IMG/VR virus record: IMGVR_UViG_3300037846_000096
Coordinates: 1 to 26,385 of that record
Length of the DNA: 26,385 nucleotides
DNA from: a virus
Lineage: Duplodnaviria; Caudoviricetes
Strand: one strand, 5' to 3'
How positions within the stretch are numbered: the first letter of the stretch is position 1; each line of letters starts with the position of its first letter. The notes below the pieces were generated by a model. It was not told the origin of the DNA, ran no database searches, and saw only the letters and a program-made list of their open reading frames with translations. Made by a program: the position numbers and the translations under genes. Below, one piece after another: positions 24,735 through 26,385 of this stretch.

Positions 24735-26385
24735 TGTCATTAACATTAGACCAGATATTTACATTAAACCCAATCACATCAAATGCACCTACTGATCTTA
24801 TGTATTTTGTGCAATCACCTTATACGCCAGGCACTGATGCTGGGATGACATTTGCAAATTTTGCAGCACAATTTACTTCATCAACTGCAATTATAAATCC
24901 GGCTCATGGTGGAACAGGTATTAATAATGGAACAAGCACCATTACAATTGGTGGTAATGTTTCATTTGTTGGGGCATTTACCTTCTCAGGGAATTTGACA
25001 GGTAATACATCTGTCATCTTCCCTGTATCCGGCACACTTGCAACTACTTCCCAACTTCCAACATTACCACTTTCACTTGCACAAGGTGGTACTTCCGCAT
25101 CCCTCGTTGCTAGTAATGGAGGTGTTTTCTATTCAACAGCAAGTGCGGGCGCAATATTATCAGGTACTGCAACTGCGAATCAAGTTCTTTTATCTGGAGC
25201 AAGTAGTGCCCCAAGTTGGTCAAGTGCAGTTTATCCAGCCTCAACTACCATAAACCAGATTCTTTATTCAAGTTCAAATAATGTCATTAGTGGTTTAGTT
25301 ACAGCTAATAATGGTGTAATGATTACAAGTGCACTAGGTGTCCCTTCCATATCATCTACTCTCCCATTGGCAGTACAAACAAATATTACAGAACTTGGGA
25401 CGATTACAGTTGGAATTTGGAACGGTAGTGTTATTACTGGAACATTTGGCGGAACTGGTGTTAACAATGGTGCCAATACCATTACATTAGGCGGAAATAT
25501 TTTAACGGCAAATTCATTTACCACAGTTGGTAATTTTGCAGTAACTCAAACCTATACTGGAATTACTAATGTAACCTTTCCAACATCAGGCACTCTTGCA
25601 ACAACTGCAGCAATTCCTTCATTTCCATTGAGTCTTGCTAATGGTGGTACTAATGCGAATTTAACAGCATCTAATGGAGGAATATTTTATTCAACTGCTA
25701 CTGCTGGTGCAATTCTTTCAGGAACTGCAACTGCAAGACAAATGTTACAATCAGGATTAAGTACAACTCCTACATGGTCTACAACTACATGGCCTGCAAC
25801 GACTACAATAAATCAAATTCTATATTCTAGTGCTGCAAGTGTTATATCAGGTCTTGCAACCGCTAATAGTGGAGTGCTCGTTACATCAAGTTTAGGTGTA
25901 CCTTCTGTAATTGCTGCTGGTACTACTGCACAAGTTCTCCAAGCGTCAAGTGCAGGAACGCCAGCTTGGAGTACGGCTACCTATCCAGCAACAACAACCA
26001 TTAACCAAATTCTTTTTTCATCTGCTGCAAATACTGTAACTGGCCTTGCAACAGCAAATAGCGGTACGTTAGTTACATCTAGCACTGGTGTTCCATCAAT
26101 ATTGGCTGCAGGAACTACAGGACAAGTTTTACAAGCATCGAGCGCTGGAACGCCTGCTTGGAGTACAACCACTTATCCAGCAACCAATGCAATTAATACT
26201 TTATTATATGCATCCGCTGCCAATGTAATGTCTGTTATTGCAGCAGTAAATAATGGTGTTTTAATAACATCAGCAACCGGTGTCCCTTCATTATTGGCAG
26301 ATGGAACAACTGGACAAGTACTAACAGCTACAACTGGATCTCCTCCTGCATGGGCTAATGCGACAGGAACAGGAACGGTGAGTTC
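24734..26385 (+). CDS. Long repeat-rich fibre protein, partial (open at window end)
   Basis: Frame reads open from MSLTLDQIFTLNPITSN...; Thr/Ser/Ala/Gly-rich with GGTG and G..GQVL......P.W repeats. Confidence 0.85.
   Translation, partial: MSLTLDQIFTLNPITSNAPTDLMYFVQSPYTPGTDAGMTFANFAAQFTSSTAIINPAHGGTGINNGTSTITIGGNVSFVGAFTFSGNLTGNTSVIFPVSGTLATTSQLPTLPLSLAQGGTSASLVASNGGVFYSTASAGAILSGTATANQVLLSGASSAPSWSSAVYPASTTINQILYSSSNNVISGLVTANNGVMITSALGVPSISSTLPLAVQTNITELGTITVGIWNGSVITGTFGGTGVNNGANTITLGGNILTANSFTTVGNFAVTQTYTGITNVTFPTSGTLATTAAIPSFPLSLANGGTNANLTASNGGIFYSTATAGAILSGTATARQMLQSGLSTTPTWSTTTWPATTTINQILYSSAASVISGLATANSGVLVTSSLGVPSVIAAGTTAQVLQASSAGTPAWSTATYPATTTINQILFSSAANTVTGLATANSGTLVTSSTGVPSILAAGTTGQVLQASSAGTPAWSTTTYPATNAINTLLYASAANVMSVIAAVNNGVLITSATGVPSLLADGTTGQVLTATTGSPPAWANATGTGTVS
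25790..26355 (+). repeat. Three degenerate 192-nt (64-aa) tandem repeats in the fibre gene
   Basis: PATTTINQILYSSAA...GLATANSG.LVTSS.GVPS..AAGTT.QVLQASSAGTPAWST unit; e.g. GGTCTTGCAAC at 25850 vs GGCCTTGCAAC at 26042. Confidence 0.8.

Noticed and set aside
12887-26172. Remaining antisense or alternative-frame ORFs inside structural genes
   Set aside because: Shadows caused by codon bias of the real + strand genes, including the fibre frame missing from the track.
24901-26385. Fibre repeats as a DGR template/variable pair
   Set aside because: No reverse transcriptase; differences are mostly synonymous, not adenine-specific, and all copies are coding.
1-26385. Phage-encoded csrA gene, Rsm-like sponge RNA or stop-codon recoding
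   Set aside because: No ORF resembles CsrA, no intergenic stretch has a dense series of ANGGA loops, and genes read normally in the standard code within this window.

Overview
This is a 26.4-kb, AT-rich segment of a P22-like podophage or prophage; no integrase, att site or host genes are visible. From left to right it holds: small leftward early genes (a DUF1640-like membrane protein and an RHH regulator); a rightward replication block (two stand-alone wHTH genes and an initiator containing a DnaA box plus 3 poly-C iterons); a VRR-NUC nuclease; a degenerate T4-type lysozyme; a putative TerS; an antisense HNH; a stand-alone NrdR-like Zn ribbon; TerL; a Tad2-like protein; the portal; a leftward island (membrane protein, sORF, two tandem tRNA-Thr genes, Zn-finger ORF); scaffold; P22-type coat; neck proteins; three ejection proteins; tail/head fibres, a spike-base protein and a repeat-rich fibre running off the end. 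The most striking unannotated signal is that about ten middle/late genes have their Shine-Dalgarno GGA in the loop of a short hairpin matching the CsrA/RsmA binding site. Together with sigma-S-like late promoters and a GC-discriminator tRNA promoter, this suggests virion production is gated by the host Csr/Rsm stationary-phase switch (inference). All family assignments come from recognising motifs by eye, not from database searches.
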